Shown here: in pieces, positions 1 through 11,202 of the stretch
Numbering within the stretch: the first letter of the stretch is position 1
How the letters are laid out: every line of letters starts with the position of its first letter
NCBI GenBank assembly: GCA_032718475.1
Contig: JAUCBJ010004291.1
Coordinates: 12,129-76,128, forward strand
From: Nemertoderma westbladi
Taxonomy: Eukaryota > Animalia > Xenacoelomorpha
Direction: 5' to 3'
Length of the DNA: 64,000 nt
Program-made: the position numbers and the translations under genes
Notes under the pieces: generated by a model
Told to the model about the DNA's origin: nothing
The model's database searches: none
Seen by the model: the letters and a program-made list of their open reading frames with translations, nothing else

Positions 1-583
1 ACGGTTTCACCGTGATAAAAAATTAATTTACTAGTTTTATAAATATAATAGATAAAAAAAGAATAAATTAGTTGTAGATAAAATGGTTGTTGACAAAAAA
101 AACGTGTCAGAAATAACTTGTCACTAATTTAATTTAACCAAAATTCAGATGTTCTGCCCTCTTGTATTGAATTTTGCACTCGATGGCATTTTAGCTGCCA
201 ATTCCTGCAAAACCTAAAACTCTCGGACAGCATAATTGAATTTCAGTCAATAAAAATTAATGAAATTAGTGACAAAAAGTTCTCCTTCCAAGACTTGTTT
301 CTTATCGAAGAACATTACTTTCTCAGCAAGTCCAAATCTAGATCAGAAATATATCTTTGCACAAGCCCATAATTTTGCTTTGTAAGGATGTTAAAGCAAA
401 TCCTGTAAAGATAAGTACCCTGAGAAACCAACAGAAAATATATAACTTTAATCTGTTTTTGTAGTTTGATAGATGGGCTTTCCTTTCATGTGGTGTTATC
501 GGTTTTCACTATTTAATTATTTATTTACCTCAAAACTGCTCTTTTCAACAACAGTATTTATGGCTGATATTCATGTAGAGGGT

Positions 584-800
584 CGAACAAATAATGATTT
601 GGAATCATGGCACAACATGTTAAAACGTTCTATAGGGGCATCTGGTTGACTAGATATATTTAGAATGTTAAACTGGATTCAACGAGAAGAGAAAGTTACT
701 GTTAATACTATTGCACAACTGGAAACCAGACAACGTGTCAAACATACTAACATACATCGAAAGAGAATGAAAGAATTTCCCTACGAATCACTAAGAACTT
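584..800 (+). pseudogene. Decayed Mutator-like (MULE) transposase C-terminal fragment
   Basis: Manual translation from 584 gives RTNNDLESWHNMLKRSIG..*LDIFRMLNWIQREE. This matches the RTNNxxExWHNxLK...LQxEE motif of animal MULE transposases. It contains an in-frame stop. Confidence 0.65.
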
Positions 801-914
801 CCTGCCGATTCCTATTCGATTAATGCAGCAAATCCATCAACAAGAGCCAGTTGGAGATATTGAAAATATATCCTGGCAATTACTGGACACTACTCATTCT
901 GTAAACACCAATAC

Positions 915-1245
915 ACCAACCAGCTCTTCCAATCCACCAACCAGCTCTTCCAATCCACCAACCAGCTCTTCCGATTCACAAATCAGCTCTTCCAATCCAT
1001 CAACCAGTTCTTCTGATCCACCAACCACTTCTTGCAATCCACAAAACCAGCTGATCCGATCCACAAATTAGCTCTTCCAATCCACCAACCAGTTCTTCTG
1101 ATCCACCAACCAGTTTTTGCGATCCACAAAACCAGCTGATTCTGATCCACCAACCTGCTCTTCCAATCCACCCATCAGCTCTTCCAATCCACCAACCAGC
1201 TCTTCCGATCCACCAATCAGCTCTTCCTATCCACCAACCAGCTCG
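915..1245. repeat. 21-bp minisatellite (ccaccaaccagctcttccaat), about 15 degenerate copies
   Basis: Visible tandem units; explains the PPTSSSN ORFs 823-1071 and 1117-1314 and the antisense ORF 983-1171. Confidence 0.9.
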
Positions 1246-1453
1246 TCAGAGCCACTTCCGACGCACGAAGCTGCACACACCATGGAAGGAAATCGAACTT
1301 ATATGATTCTTTAAACCATATCGATATCATAAATCATACTGTAACATTTATTGTAACATACTTATAATATTTAAAAAATAATGGAAACATTGTCTGTCTC
1401 ATGTTTTCTTAAAACCAATAATTAACAACAAAAAATTTTAAAAATCTCAAAAT

Positions 1454-1592
1454 ATTGGGCAAGTGCCCTTTTCGAAAACTGGCCTATTGGGCAAGTGTCC
1501 TATTGGGAAAGTGACCATACCAGATCTAGTTATTGGGGAAGTGACTCTTAGGTAAATATTATTGGGAAAAAGTCTCATTGGAGAAGTGTTAA
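1454..1592. repeat. Short attggg(c/a/g)aagtg repeats, probably subterminal repeats of a DNA transposon end
   Basis: About 6 copies of attggg-x-aagtg downstream of the MULE relic; no partner end seen in the window. Confidence 0.45.
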
Positions 1593-3857
1593 CCTCAATA
1601 ATGTATGAAATTCAAAATGCGAATCAAAACCACAGCGCAGTCAATAGAAGGTTTATCTGTGAATCGGATATCAATAGTTGTATCTAAGAATTAAATGTCA
1701 AACATATCCTTGTTACTTAATATGTACATGTTTGTTTACCTGTGACAGAAAACTTTTATGAAATGTTGAATAAATTACTTCATGTGGCCAATTATTTCAT
1801 ACTTGGCAAATGGTCCTAGGGCAGGAGTACAGTTTTGACAGAACCACAAATTTGACAGCTGCCACTGCAATGCCTTTGCATCGTCGCCAAATTACATTGA
1901 TGACCTTTGGTTTAATGACTAGATTTGACTAAATTGAGAACTTACATATTATAATATTTGAGAAATTCATTATAACATATTGTACTTTTTTAAAATAATA
2001 TAACCTATTAAACAGCTAGGTATTCGGATATTTTTTATATTAAAATTAATAAATATTAAAATTAAAATATTTCTATTTTTAATTATAACTAGTACAAAAT
2101 TTGTGGCAAAGTTAGTCGCATCCTTATTGATTTATTTGCTCAAAACTGTCAATCCTGCCAGATTGATATAATAGTATTACATATATAATTAATAATTTAA
2201 GTTAAAAACATCAGTTAAAAGCTGGGCATATTAGGCTATTGAGATAATTGAGGCTATTGAGATTGTAATACAAATTATAATAACACGGGTTTCAGAAGTT
2301 TCTTTTTGGATTTAAAAATTAAGTAAATTAGATAAAATATTCCTCTCTTTAATATTTTTTACTGCAATTGTTGGTCTTCTAATAATTAACTATAACCGTG
2401 GAAGCCTTTGGAAGAAATATTGGGTTCATTCTTATTATTTTACAATTCGTTGGATTGTCCTGTGCATGTGGTTGTTAAATATAGAAATATGCTAAATAAT
2501 AGCCTACAGCATCCTCTCCTGCTACAATTCAAAATGATATATCGTTCAAACACTAAATCTGGTTGTTTATTAATAATAAGATTAATTCCGAGTTTTTAAT
2601 TAAAATGTTCGTTTTTCTATGGTGGTGGGATATTGGTGCTTCCCTTCTATTATTTACAAGATTTTATTTATTTGTGGGGAATTTGTAGAGTATGCTGGGA
2701 CAGATACACCTTGTGAAGGATATTATTTACAGTACTTCGATTTCTTACATGGGCAGAAGGAATTCAAGGCCTCAACAATGTGGTCAAAATACAGCAGGCT
2801 CAATTCGGTACACAAAAGAAAATAATAATTGTTACTTAAGGACAACTGCTGCAGTTTTTTCGATGAGAGAGATAGACCAATTCCTACAGATAGATACACC
2901 ATTTTGGTTGTATGTAAAGCAGTGGTTGTCTTAGCAATACGTGGAGGGTTGCGGTGCGGATAACCTCAATATAGAAGATCTTAAGATGAAAGAAAATGGG
3001 TGTTGGGTGACGTTTCAAAGAAAAAACATGACAAAAAAACCATGGCGAGCTACATAGATAGCTATCTAAGCAGCCTTGCGTCAAGTGTCCAGGAAAAGTC
3101 ACTGGACCGTTAATCAGATAAGAAGCTTGGCGTGGGAGACCCTGACAGGTACACGGGACCATTGCTTTCATAGGTCAATTGCTACCACTGCAGCGGATAA
3201 AAATATGGGATCTAAAGAGAGAAGACTGCCGAAAAGTACATTGAACAGAGCAGTGTATGTGATAAAAGAATGGCTTCGGTGTACATAAAGACACAAACCA
3301 TTACTAAAGAGTTCAAAGCTGATGGTGATGGTGAAGCAAGTGGTACAAGGAAGTGCTACATAACTGCTGGGGACAATGCTATTATAAACTTATAATATAT
3401 AAAATAAATATAGTCGTTATATTACATTTGACACGAATGAATGTTAATTAATAATATACATTAAAATAGCTAATAATATTATTAATCATATATAATTCCC
3501 CACAAATAAAATCGTGAACAACGATGTATATAGTTATTATTTAATCAGGGTTTGTAAATTTATAAGCTGAAAATAATTTTAACTAAAACATAATATTTAT
3601 TATTATTATTCATACCATTTAAACGTATTATCAAGTCTATAGTTAATATACCAATGGTTTTATTCAACATCAGTTTTTAAGCGATCAAATGACAATGTTT
3701 AGAAGTGCAAAATTATATTTATAAGGAGTTTTGTTGATTTTATTACAATTTGATTCTTGTTTAAAATAACCGTGAAGATGGGTGAGTTCCGAAATACATA
3801 ATACCATCAGTAATAACGAACCTTCTATGTAATTTCAGTATTTCTTATTCCCCCGAC

Positions 3858-3947
3858 GGTGACAAACATACCAGTTCCTACGTTGGATGAGTTCACCATG
3901 TCATCCGATAAATTGCATCCAACGTAGGAACTGGTATGTTTGTCACC
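3858..3947. repeat. Perfect 32-bp inverted repeat (26-nt loop)
   Basis: ggtgacaaacataccagttcctacgttggatg (3858-3889) is the exact reverse complement of 3916-3947. No TSD found. Confidence 0.9.
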
Positions 3948-4979
3948 ACTCGCCAGCGCTCACAACCTTTACCTCACATCACAGACTGTACAGCAAGCCT
4001 ATCCGGTTCGAAGATATTTAGCAAGATTGATCTAGTCAAGGCCTATAACCAAATCCCCGTAGCAGAGGAAGACATTCCTAAAACTGCGATAACTACACCA
4101 TTTGGTCTGTACGAGTTTGTCTGCATGCCTTTCGGGCTCCGGAATGCAGCTCAAACCTTACAGCGTTTCATCAACAATATTATTAATGATATGGATGGAG
4201 TTATAGGCCGCTCAGATGACTTACTGATCCACTCACCGGACTTAGAAGCTCACCTGTCAACATTAGACGAATTACTGAGACGTCTTGACGTACATGGACT
4301 CTGTATAAACCTCAGCAAGTGTGTCTTTGGCGTTTCTGAGATAGTTTTCCTTGGATATACTATTGATGCTCAAGGAATACAACCACCACTGGAGAAAATT
4401 GAAGCCCTTAGAGATTACCCGGCACCACAGTCAAAATCAGCACTTAGACGATTTCTTGGAATGTGTAATTATTATTCACGTTTCGTGTCGCGATACCAAG
4501 TTATTGCTTCCCCCCTCACTGATTTATTGCAGGATAAAAACTCTGATTTTACATGGTCAAGGGAAGCTGATGAAGCCTTTAACTCATTAAAGAATGCACT
4601 TATTAATGCTACTAAGCTGCGCCACCCTACATTTGATAAAGATGCATCTGTTAAAATATCATTAACCACACTAAATACGGATGCTTCCAATAAAGCAGTC
4701 GGCGCTGTTCTTCACCAATGTTCAGAAACTGGCGATATTGAACCACAACCACTGGCGTTTTTCTCCAAGAAATTGAAACCCAATGAACAACGTTATGGAG
4801 CATATGATCGTGAATTACTAGCGATAATGTTAGCGATTAAACATTTTAAGCATAAACTAGAGGGCACTGACTTTGTGGTATATACTGACCAAAAACCGGT
4901 GACCCAGACGACCGAGTACAATTCTGCTGTACTGCCCTGTTATAATAAATCTTTATATATAAATAAATTTGTAATTTGA
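3936..4979 (+). CDS. pol: Gypsy reverse transcriptase (C-terminal part) and partial RNase H; chimeric start and end
   Basis: FSKIDLVKAYNQIP, KTAITTPFGLYEF, MPFGLRNAAQT, FLGY, LRRFLGMCNYY, TDASNKAVGAVL, YDRELLAI, YTDQKP. The YxDD box reads GRSDD. The ATG comes from the upstream inverted repeat. Confidence 0.9.
   Translation: MFVTTRQRSQPLPHITDCTASLSGSKIFSKIDLVKAYNQIPVAEEDIPKTAITTPFGLYEFVCMPFGLRNAAQTLQRFINNIINDMDGVIGRSDDLLIHSPDLEAHLSTLDELLRRLDVHGLCINLSKCVFGVSEIVFLGYTIDAQGIQPPLEKIEALRDYPAPQSKSALRRFLGMCNYYSRFVSRYQVIASPLTDLLQDKNSDFTWSREADEAFNSLKNALINATKLRHPTFDKDASVKISLTTLNTDASNKAVGAVLHQCSETGDIEPQPLAFFSKKLKPNEQRYGAYDRELLAIMLAIKHFKHKLEGTDFVVYTDQKPVTQTTEYNSAVLPCYNKSLYINKFVI
4898..4910 (+). promoter_or_regulatory. 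Primer-binding-site remnant, tRNA-Trp-like
   Basis: ggtgacccagacg resembles (T)GGTGACCCCGACG, the complement of the tRNA-Trp 3' end, with 1 mismatch. It lies ~170 bp upstream of gag and is fused directly to RNase H codons. Confidence 0.7.
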
Positions 4980-5071
4980 TAAATTGATTATGATTTAATT
5001 TAATTTGATTTAATAAAAACTGTTATAATAAATCTGTAATTTGCATTGCTTTAAGTTAACAAAATATTATA

Positions 5072-6013
5072 ATGACGACCACTACACCACCAACTACAAC
5101 AATAAATAAAGCTACAACAGTGACGGCGGGCAGCAGTTCGGATCCAACAGTTCTCACCAACCCAATGGCATTAGCTCGTGTTGCGATTAAACTTCCTCCT
5201 TTCTGGCCGGCAGACCCAGAGCTTTGGTTTAGCCAGGCTGAGGCCCAATTCGCGACTAACGGAATTACTACGGAGAACACGAAGTTCTATCATGTTATTT
5301 CTTCCTTGAATCCCGAGTCAGCAGCCGAGGTTCGCGATTTAATTTTGCAACCGCATCCTACAGAACCATTTTCTCATCTACGGACTGCTATGGTTCATCG
5401 ATTAGCTGCTTCCGAGACAGCGCGCCTTAAGCAGTTATTGTCAACCGAGGAACTCGGAGATAGGAAGCCCTCTCAAGTGCTACGGCACATGCAACAATTA
5501 CTGGGGACAGCTACAGTCGAACCCCAACTAATGCGAAATCTGTTTATCCAGAAGTTGCCTTCCAGTGTCCAAACTATTCTGGCTGTCTGTCCATCCACCA
5601 CGGATTTAGTCGCCCTAGCTGATATGGCTGATAAAGTCATAGAAGTGACTCAACCTGAAGTCCACGTAAACCACCTAACGACTAGTACTGGTATTTCTGG
5701 TCTGCCTCCGGCTGCGGGTCAAACGGCTGTGGAAAACTCCTCTGTTCTACAGGATCTCATAAAAACTGTTAACGAATTGCACTTGGAAGTGAACGAAATC
5801 CGCCGTGGCCGTCCAACTTACCGAGACAATCCGCGTTCGGACGACTACTCAACATCCCGGCGCACGCGTAGCCGTTCCCGTTCTGTTGGTCGGTACAATC
5901 CTCAAGGATCGCTGTGCTATTACCACTGGAGATACCGTGCTAGAGCGCAGAAGTGTACTAAACCTTGTGAATGGCAAAATCAGGACAACAACCATGGACA
6001 GTCGGAAAACTAG
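5072..6013 (+). CDS. gag: Gypsy Gag (KLPPFW type)
   Basis: KLPPFWPADPELWFSQAEAQF, LGDRKPSQ, Arg/Ser-rich tract and CYYHWRY...KCTKPC terminal motif; intact ORF. Confidence 0.92.
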   Translation: MTTTTPPTTTINKATTVTAGSSSDPTVLTNPMALARVAIKLPPFWPADPELWFSQAEAQFATNGITTENTKFYHVISSLNPESAAEVRDLILQPHPTEPFSHLRTAMVHRLAASETARLKQLLSTEELGDRKPSQVLRHMQQLLGTATVEPQLMRNLFIQKLPSSVQTILAVCPSTTDLVALADMADKVIEVTQPEVHVNHLTTSTGISGLPPAAGQTAVENSSVLQDLIKTVNELHLEVNEIRRGRPTYRDNPRSDDYSTSRRTRSRSRSVGRYNPQGSLCYYHWRYRARAQKCTKPCEWQNQDNNHGQSEN

Positions 6014-6831
6014 CAAGCCCGCCGAACAACCCGGTGAGTTCGGCGGGGAATATATCCTCCGTATTCTGCATACCCGGAACTCAGAACGGAAAAACTAGTA
6101 GTTTTCTTATTGATAGTGGGGCCCAAATTAGTGCGATTCCCCCAAACTCAACTGAACGCAAATGTCCGGATGTCAACTCAGCATTACGGGCTGCAAATGG
6201 AACCACTATCAAGACATACGGCAGACGAACTGTAACTATTTCATTTGGTAAACTGCGCCGGCGGTACAAGTGGACTTTTATTGTTGCTGATATTCGCCAA
6301 CCAATTTTGGGGGCAGATTTCCTAGGCCACGCTCAACTCTTAGTTGACTGCACTCACCACTGTATTATTGACAATATCACCAAACTGAAGGCCTTTGGGA
6401 AACCCAATGACAACTTACTTCTACTTAAACCAATGTTCTTCGAAGTGTCAGTTGATTTACCCACACCTTACAAGGAAATCATAGAGAAATATCCCAATGT
6501 TATCAAGGAGTTTAATCCTTCAAAAACCACTCCCAAACATGATGTGAAACACCATATTAAGACATCGGGTCCACCCACATTTTGCCAGCCGCGACGATTA
6601 ACGCCGAGTAAACTACAAGTAGCGAAACGCGAATTTGACAACTTGTTAGACCTCGGTATAGTCCGCACATCATCCAGCCCATGGGCTTCCCCGTTACATA
6701 TGGTCCCGAAGCAAATTCCAGGACAATGGCGGCCCTGCGGTGACTACCGCAATTTAAATCTACAAACAGTCCCAGATCGATACCCAAAACTGGCGTTTTG
6801 GGGTTTCCACGACATTTATTTAATGAAATGA
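5971..6831 (+). CDS. pol: Gypsy aspartic protease and RT N-terminus, truncated at DRYP (6785)
   Basis: FLIDSGAQIS, ILGADFL, SSSPWASPLHMVPK, WRPCGDYRNLN, TVPDRYP. Confidence 0.92.
   Translation: MAKSGQQPWTVGKLASPPNNPVSSAGNISSVFCIPGTQNGKTSSFLIDSGAQISAIPPNSTERKCPDVNSALRAANGTTIKTYGRRTVTISFGKLRRRYKWTFIVADIRQPILGADFLGHAQLLVDCTHHCIIDNITKLKAFGKPNDNLLLLKPMFFEVSVDLPTPYKEIIEKYPNVIKEFNPSKTTPKHDVKHHIKTSGPPTFCQPRRLTPSKLQVAKREFDNLLDLGIVRTSSSPWASPLHMVPKQIPGQWRPCGDYRNLNLQTVPDRYPKLAFWGFHDIYLMK
6004..6047 (+). promoter_or_regulatory. Putative -1 ribosomal frameshift signal (gag-pol)
   Basis: Slippery-like G GAA AAC just before the gag stop, followed 7 nt later by a 10-bp stem cccgccgaac/gttcggcggg. The pol frame is -1 relative to gag. 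Confidence 0.75.
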
Positions 6832-8231
6832 GAAATTACTGAAAGCTCAGTAACTTATCGATATTTATCTATAGTTCCAAAGTACAGCTAATTACAGTAT
6901 TGTGTGGCAATCAATAGTGACTGCCTATTAGGGTGGAGTGAAAAAAAAAATTTCTTTATTTTTAAGGGAAGCACTATTTTTCTGATGCTAAATCGGTTTA
7001 AACTCACTTTGCAAAAAAAAATTTTTGATTTCGAAAAATTCTAAGCGGGCCTCATGACACTTGAAAATTTCAAATTTTTGGGAAGGCAATGCCAGTTTTG
7101 AAAATTCCAGATATTTTGTCGGCAAAGACATAGGCAGTGCCTATGTCTATGCCTATGCCGTGTATAATCCGGCTTTGTCGCTGAAACCCAAACGATCGCG
7201 TCATGATTGTCGTCCAACACGGAGGCACAGGGTGCAGGAGGACAGGAGGATGCCGAATCACACCCTACATAAAGCACGCGAGGCCACATGCAAGGACATC
7301 CTCTTACATGAATGAATAAATGAAAGACAACGCCAAAAACATTTTCGTTTTTATAAGTTTCACAGATTCTGTAGTTTATTATGTAGATATTCTGTAGTTT
7401 GTGAGAGATAAGCAATGCATGCTCTCGTATTTAAACTATCATGACTATTGTAGTGGTGGAATTTCCAAGGAATTAGTGCACTTTACTTTTCATTATAATA
7501 CATGTTCCACATTAACAGAGGTTGATTTGAGTCACCAGCTGCTAATTGGTTGTTTACTAATAGCTTTGTTGCTCAATTAGTTGATAACATTCTAAAAACT
7601 GTGGTCAAAGTCAATTAGTCGGGATTAATCTTGTTTATTACAAGTAGATTAATAATTTTTATATTTTATATAATGATAGGTTGAATACCTGGACCAAGTG
7701 ATTAATGAGACTGGTTGAAAAAAAATGTACGGGATTTTATGTAAAGGTTATGTTTTTCATTGCATACATATTATTAACTTTGTAGTAAATATTATGTAGT
7801 AAGTAATTTTCTATTTGCTATCTGTTTTAAATCAGTATGATTGTGAACCTAACCTATAGTGAGCAGAATAACAACAATTCCATCTGGACATATCAAATCC
7901 TTAAAATTCTGTCTATAAATATCCAACCCAAAATAGAGATAATAGGTTTACTTCAAGTTAATTATTTAGTGACTATTACTGTTGTAGGTGTTTGCATTCT
8001 TCGCCGAGAGATTAGATGGCTTACAGTGCTTTGTAGTGGAATGCGCAATCCGCATGGATAATGTTGCGCCATACTGCTGGGCTATGGTGATTTCCTCAGA
8101 TTTAGTGGAACCCTATGGTTCGTTATTTAATTACCCCTTTTCTTTGTTGCCGTATGTTGGATCACTTATATTACACTAATCAGGACTATTAAAAGTTTAA
8201 TACAATTTTGCTAAATATCTCAATTTAGCAA

Positions 8232-8361
8232 ACGGCCCAGTTCCTCTCCAATGGATCACACCACATGTTTTGTCTGAGCAGAAGCTGCTGGAGAGCTACG
8301 CCTACGTGCGTCTGCCTTTTGTGCAGTGGCCAGAAGCATCAGACAATGAACACGCCAAGGC
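8232..8361 (+). other. Candidate isolated coding exon, product unknown
   Basis: tttag acceptor-like site, an open frame NGPVPLQWITPHVLSEQKLLESYAYVRLPFVQWPEASDNEHAK, then a gtatgt donor-like site. GC-richer than its flanks. Confidence 0.3.
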
Positions 8362-8619
8362 GTATGTAATCTGAACCGATATTCCAAGCTCAGCATTAAC
8401 CGATTTTAATTAAATATTCTTTTTTTTAGCCACTAGTTTCTGCCGTTTTCATGTCCATGATATTCTTAGTTACTTGTAGTGTACATTTCTAGTACTTACG
8501 ATTTAGGTATGTGTAGGAACGGCCTACTGCTTAGTTAGTTATAACGAAGCAGAAAATAACTAACTAACTAGGAACATCCTACTGCTTACATACACCTAGT
8601 CTTAAACCAAGCAAAGAGT

Positions 8620-9000
8620 TACAGATTTGCTGGCAACATTGATTCTTCTGTTGAAGACATTGGAGGGAGCTCAGAAATTGATACACAGCTGAGAAGGCCC
8701 TCAATCATAGTCTTTTTGTTAATTCCAATGTGTTCTGCATAAGAATTCCCCATGGGCAAATGGAAACGATAATGCTGATCAGCTTGCATTAAGGTGCAGT
8801 GCAGGCGGACCCAACAACATAGTGCCCAAGATCTCATATTCAGCCATACACTCCCAGTTCATCCACATTTTCAAGTCCTGTGTCCTTGAGTAGACGTTTG
8901 GGGAAAGTCATTGGCTGTCATATACCCTATTCTAATCAGCAGGCTGCTACAGCACAAGGTTGATCCTGCCTGCCAACAGTACCCAGTAAGCTTCAGGGAA
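8620..9000 (-). mobile_element. Old RTE-like LINE 3' fragments
   Basis: 8853-8920 resembles the RTE copies at 10.8 and 52 kb (gtgtcctt...gaaagtcat.ggctgtc); heavily decayed. Confidence 0.4.
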
Positions 9001-9569
9001 AGCATTGACCTGCGTCAATCAAGTGTCCAGGATATGGAAACACCCCAATTGAGCACATACACATAAAGATGGGACTTTTCCATGTAGCAGTGGAGCCTGT
9101 CCGGCTCTATGGCAGTGATTGCTGAGCTCTTAGTGATGAGGACTCTTAGATAGATATGGTACATATACTTGTTAAAGCAGTGATGGTGATCCTTTCCATA
9201 CATAAGGTGCTCTACATTATGATCTCATTGCCTACTCCCAGCTCTACACTAATGCAATCACAGCGACCTTGTACTAATAAATTAACCTCGTGTTTTAAAC
9301 AGGCATGTTTTCCATCCATTAACTTTCCTTTTCCAGTAGAATATACCTGTATGTTATATCAGCTCACCATAAGTACAGGAAATTTGAATCTATTGGTAAT
9401 TTATGTTAACCTATGCATCATCACTAAAAGGTTCTGCATTTATATTTATATTTAATTTTAAATAATTGTAATGTTTGACCCTACGAAAAGAGGGTTTGTT
9501 CACCGAGCATGTGTCGTAGCAAAAGTCGTAGCTGTGCCTAAACCTGCATCTTGCTTGATTGTTATATCC

Positions 9570-10140
9570 AAGGCATAAAAGATGATGTACAACCAGTTAC
9601 ACAGTGACTGCCACACCACCCCGACCACTGCAAATTGGGCCTTCAAAATAAGGGATCTCCTTAACAACCTGGGACTTAGTCACGCGTGGTTAAATCAATC
9701 TGTTATAAACGAGACTGAGTTTCTTAATACAGTACATAAGGTAATTAGGGACCAATTTATACAAGATTGGTGGCTGTCCATTAGCGCATCCCCCAAGGGA
9801 GAACTGTATATTAAAACAGAATTTGGTACGGAAGAGTACCTTTTAATGAACTGCCAAATGAACCTCATCTGAAAATTGCTCTAGCCCACCTACGCTGTAC
9901 TTCGCACTGCCTGGAAATCTTAGCAGGTCAAGCCACGCGACGAACGTTTATGTACGATGTGCAATATGGGTCTGGTTGAAAGCGAATTTCATTTTATTTT
10001 AGTATGCCCAGCCTACAACCAAATCAGAGTACAATTTATAGATTATCATTTTCATAGATATCCTTCCTTATCGTTATACCATCAATTATTTTCAACAAAT
10101 ATGGTTCGGGTCAGGAAAAATCTCGCCATAACAATTCTCT
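9570..10140 (+). mobile_element. Non-LTR retrotransposon ORF2 C-terminal relic (RTE-X/CR1-group-like)
   Basis: NWAFKIRDLLNNLGLSHAWLNQ...DQFIQDW and CxxC...ESEFHFILVCPAY CCHC motif, frameshifted. Confidence 0.7.
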
Positions 10141-10489
10141 ATACCGTTTATTTTTATTTTTTTTTATTTCTTTGTTATATTTCAAAATTACATTTGTCTA
10201 TGTGTTAGTTGGGTGTTGGGTCTCCAGGTATTAATTTTTGGTTGTTTGTGTAAAGTTAGTGCGTATCATTAACTATAGTCTTAAGTGACGTGTTCGTGTT
10301 TTGAATGAAACACCCCCCAGAATTTCCACTTACCCCCCAGAATTTCTACTCCCCCCCCATTCCTGTTACCCCCCCCCCCCCGTCAAACTAGTGATTACTG
10401 TTACCCCCCCCCCCCCCCCCCATGCCATTATTTACAGGATATAAGTGCTAGTGATATAGATATTTTTACATACGATATAACAACAAAGG

Positions 10490-10768
10490 TTATTGTTTTG
10501 GTTAGAAAAAGCTGTCTCTATAACCTCCCTCAATTGGTAATAACATCGTTTATTGTTTTGGTTAGAAACACCCGTCTCTGTAACCTACTCCTTTCCCTCA
10601 ATTAGTAACAACATCGTTTATTGTTTTGGTTAAAAAAATAGTCTCTGTAACCAGCTCCTTTCCCTCAAATGGTAACATCGTTTATTGTTTTGGTTAGAAA
10701 AACCCGTCTCTGTAACCTACTCCTTTCCCTCAATTAGTAACAACATCGTTTATTGTTTTGGTTAGAAA
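10490..10768. repeat. ~63-65-bp tandem repeat, about 4.5 copies
   Basis: Unit acatcgtttattgttttggttagaaa...gtctctgtaacctactcctttccctcaattagtaa. Confidence 0.85.
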
Positions 10769-11202
10769 ACTACTACTATTAAGAACGGCATGCTGCATTG
10801 CAGCTGCATTTTTAAGAATGCTGTGCTGGCCTGTCGATAAAATTGTGCCACCACAACTCCCCTATCACCCATGACATTTGCTAGATCATCCGCATCTTCA
10901 AGGCCGGTGTCCTTTAAGATGCGTCTCAAGAAAGTCATGGGCTGTCCACCATACTTATTCACTCCATGAGGCTGCCAAAGTACAAGATTATGCACTGGCT
11001 GGTCCTCACGGCGAAAGCAATGTCCTGAAAAGCGGAGGCAACTTTGTTCTAGTGTCAAGCTTGGGGGAACCAATGAGATACCTCCAATGTTATATAGTGT
11101 TTGGTTGGAGATGTGTGCATTGTACTACCACAATGAACCCGGCGTAGCATTCTTGTGAATAGGCCATCCAGGGATTTGGTGTACTCAGCAGTTAGAGCCC
11201 AG
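10769..11202 (-). mobile_element. 5'-truncated RTE-like LINE copy 1
   Basis: LRFSGHCFRREDQPVHNLVLWQP...LKDTGL motif and (agt)n tail; highly similar to 51986-52480. Confidence 0.8.

Larger units (their letters stand above)
3966..6785 (+). mobile_element. Ty3/Gypsy retrotransposon internal region, circularly permuted, without LTRs or integrase
   Basis: Order is RT(from PLPHI)-RNaseH(to YTDQKP) | PBS-leader-gag-PR-RT(to TVPDRYP). The two ends join to rebuild the conserved DRYPLPHI motif. Confidence 0.9.

Noticed and set aside
2600-3370. Possible decayed transposase fragments
   Set aside because: Coding-like, but there is no diagnostic motif I can name.
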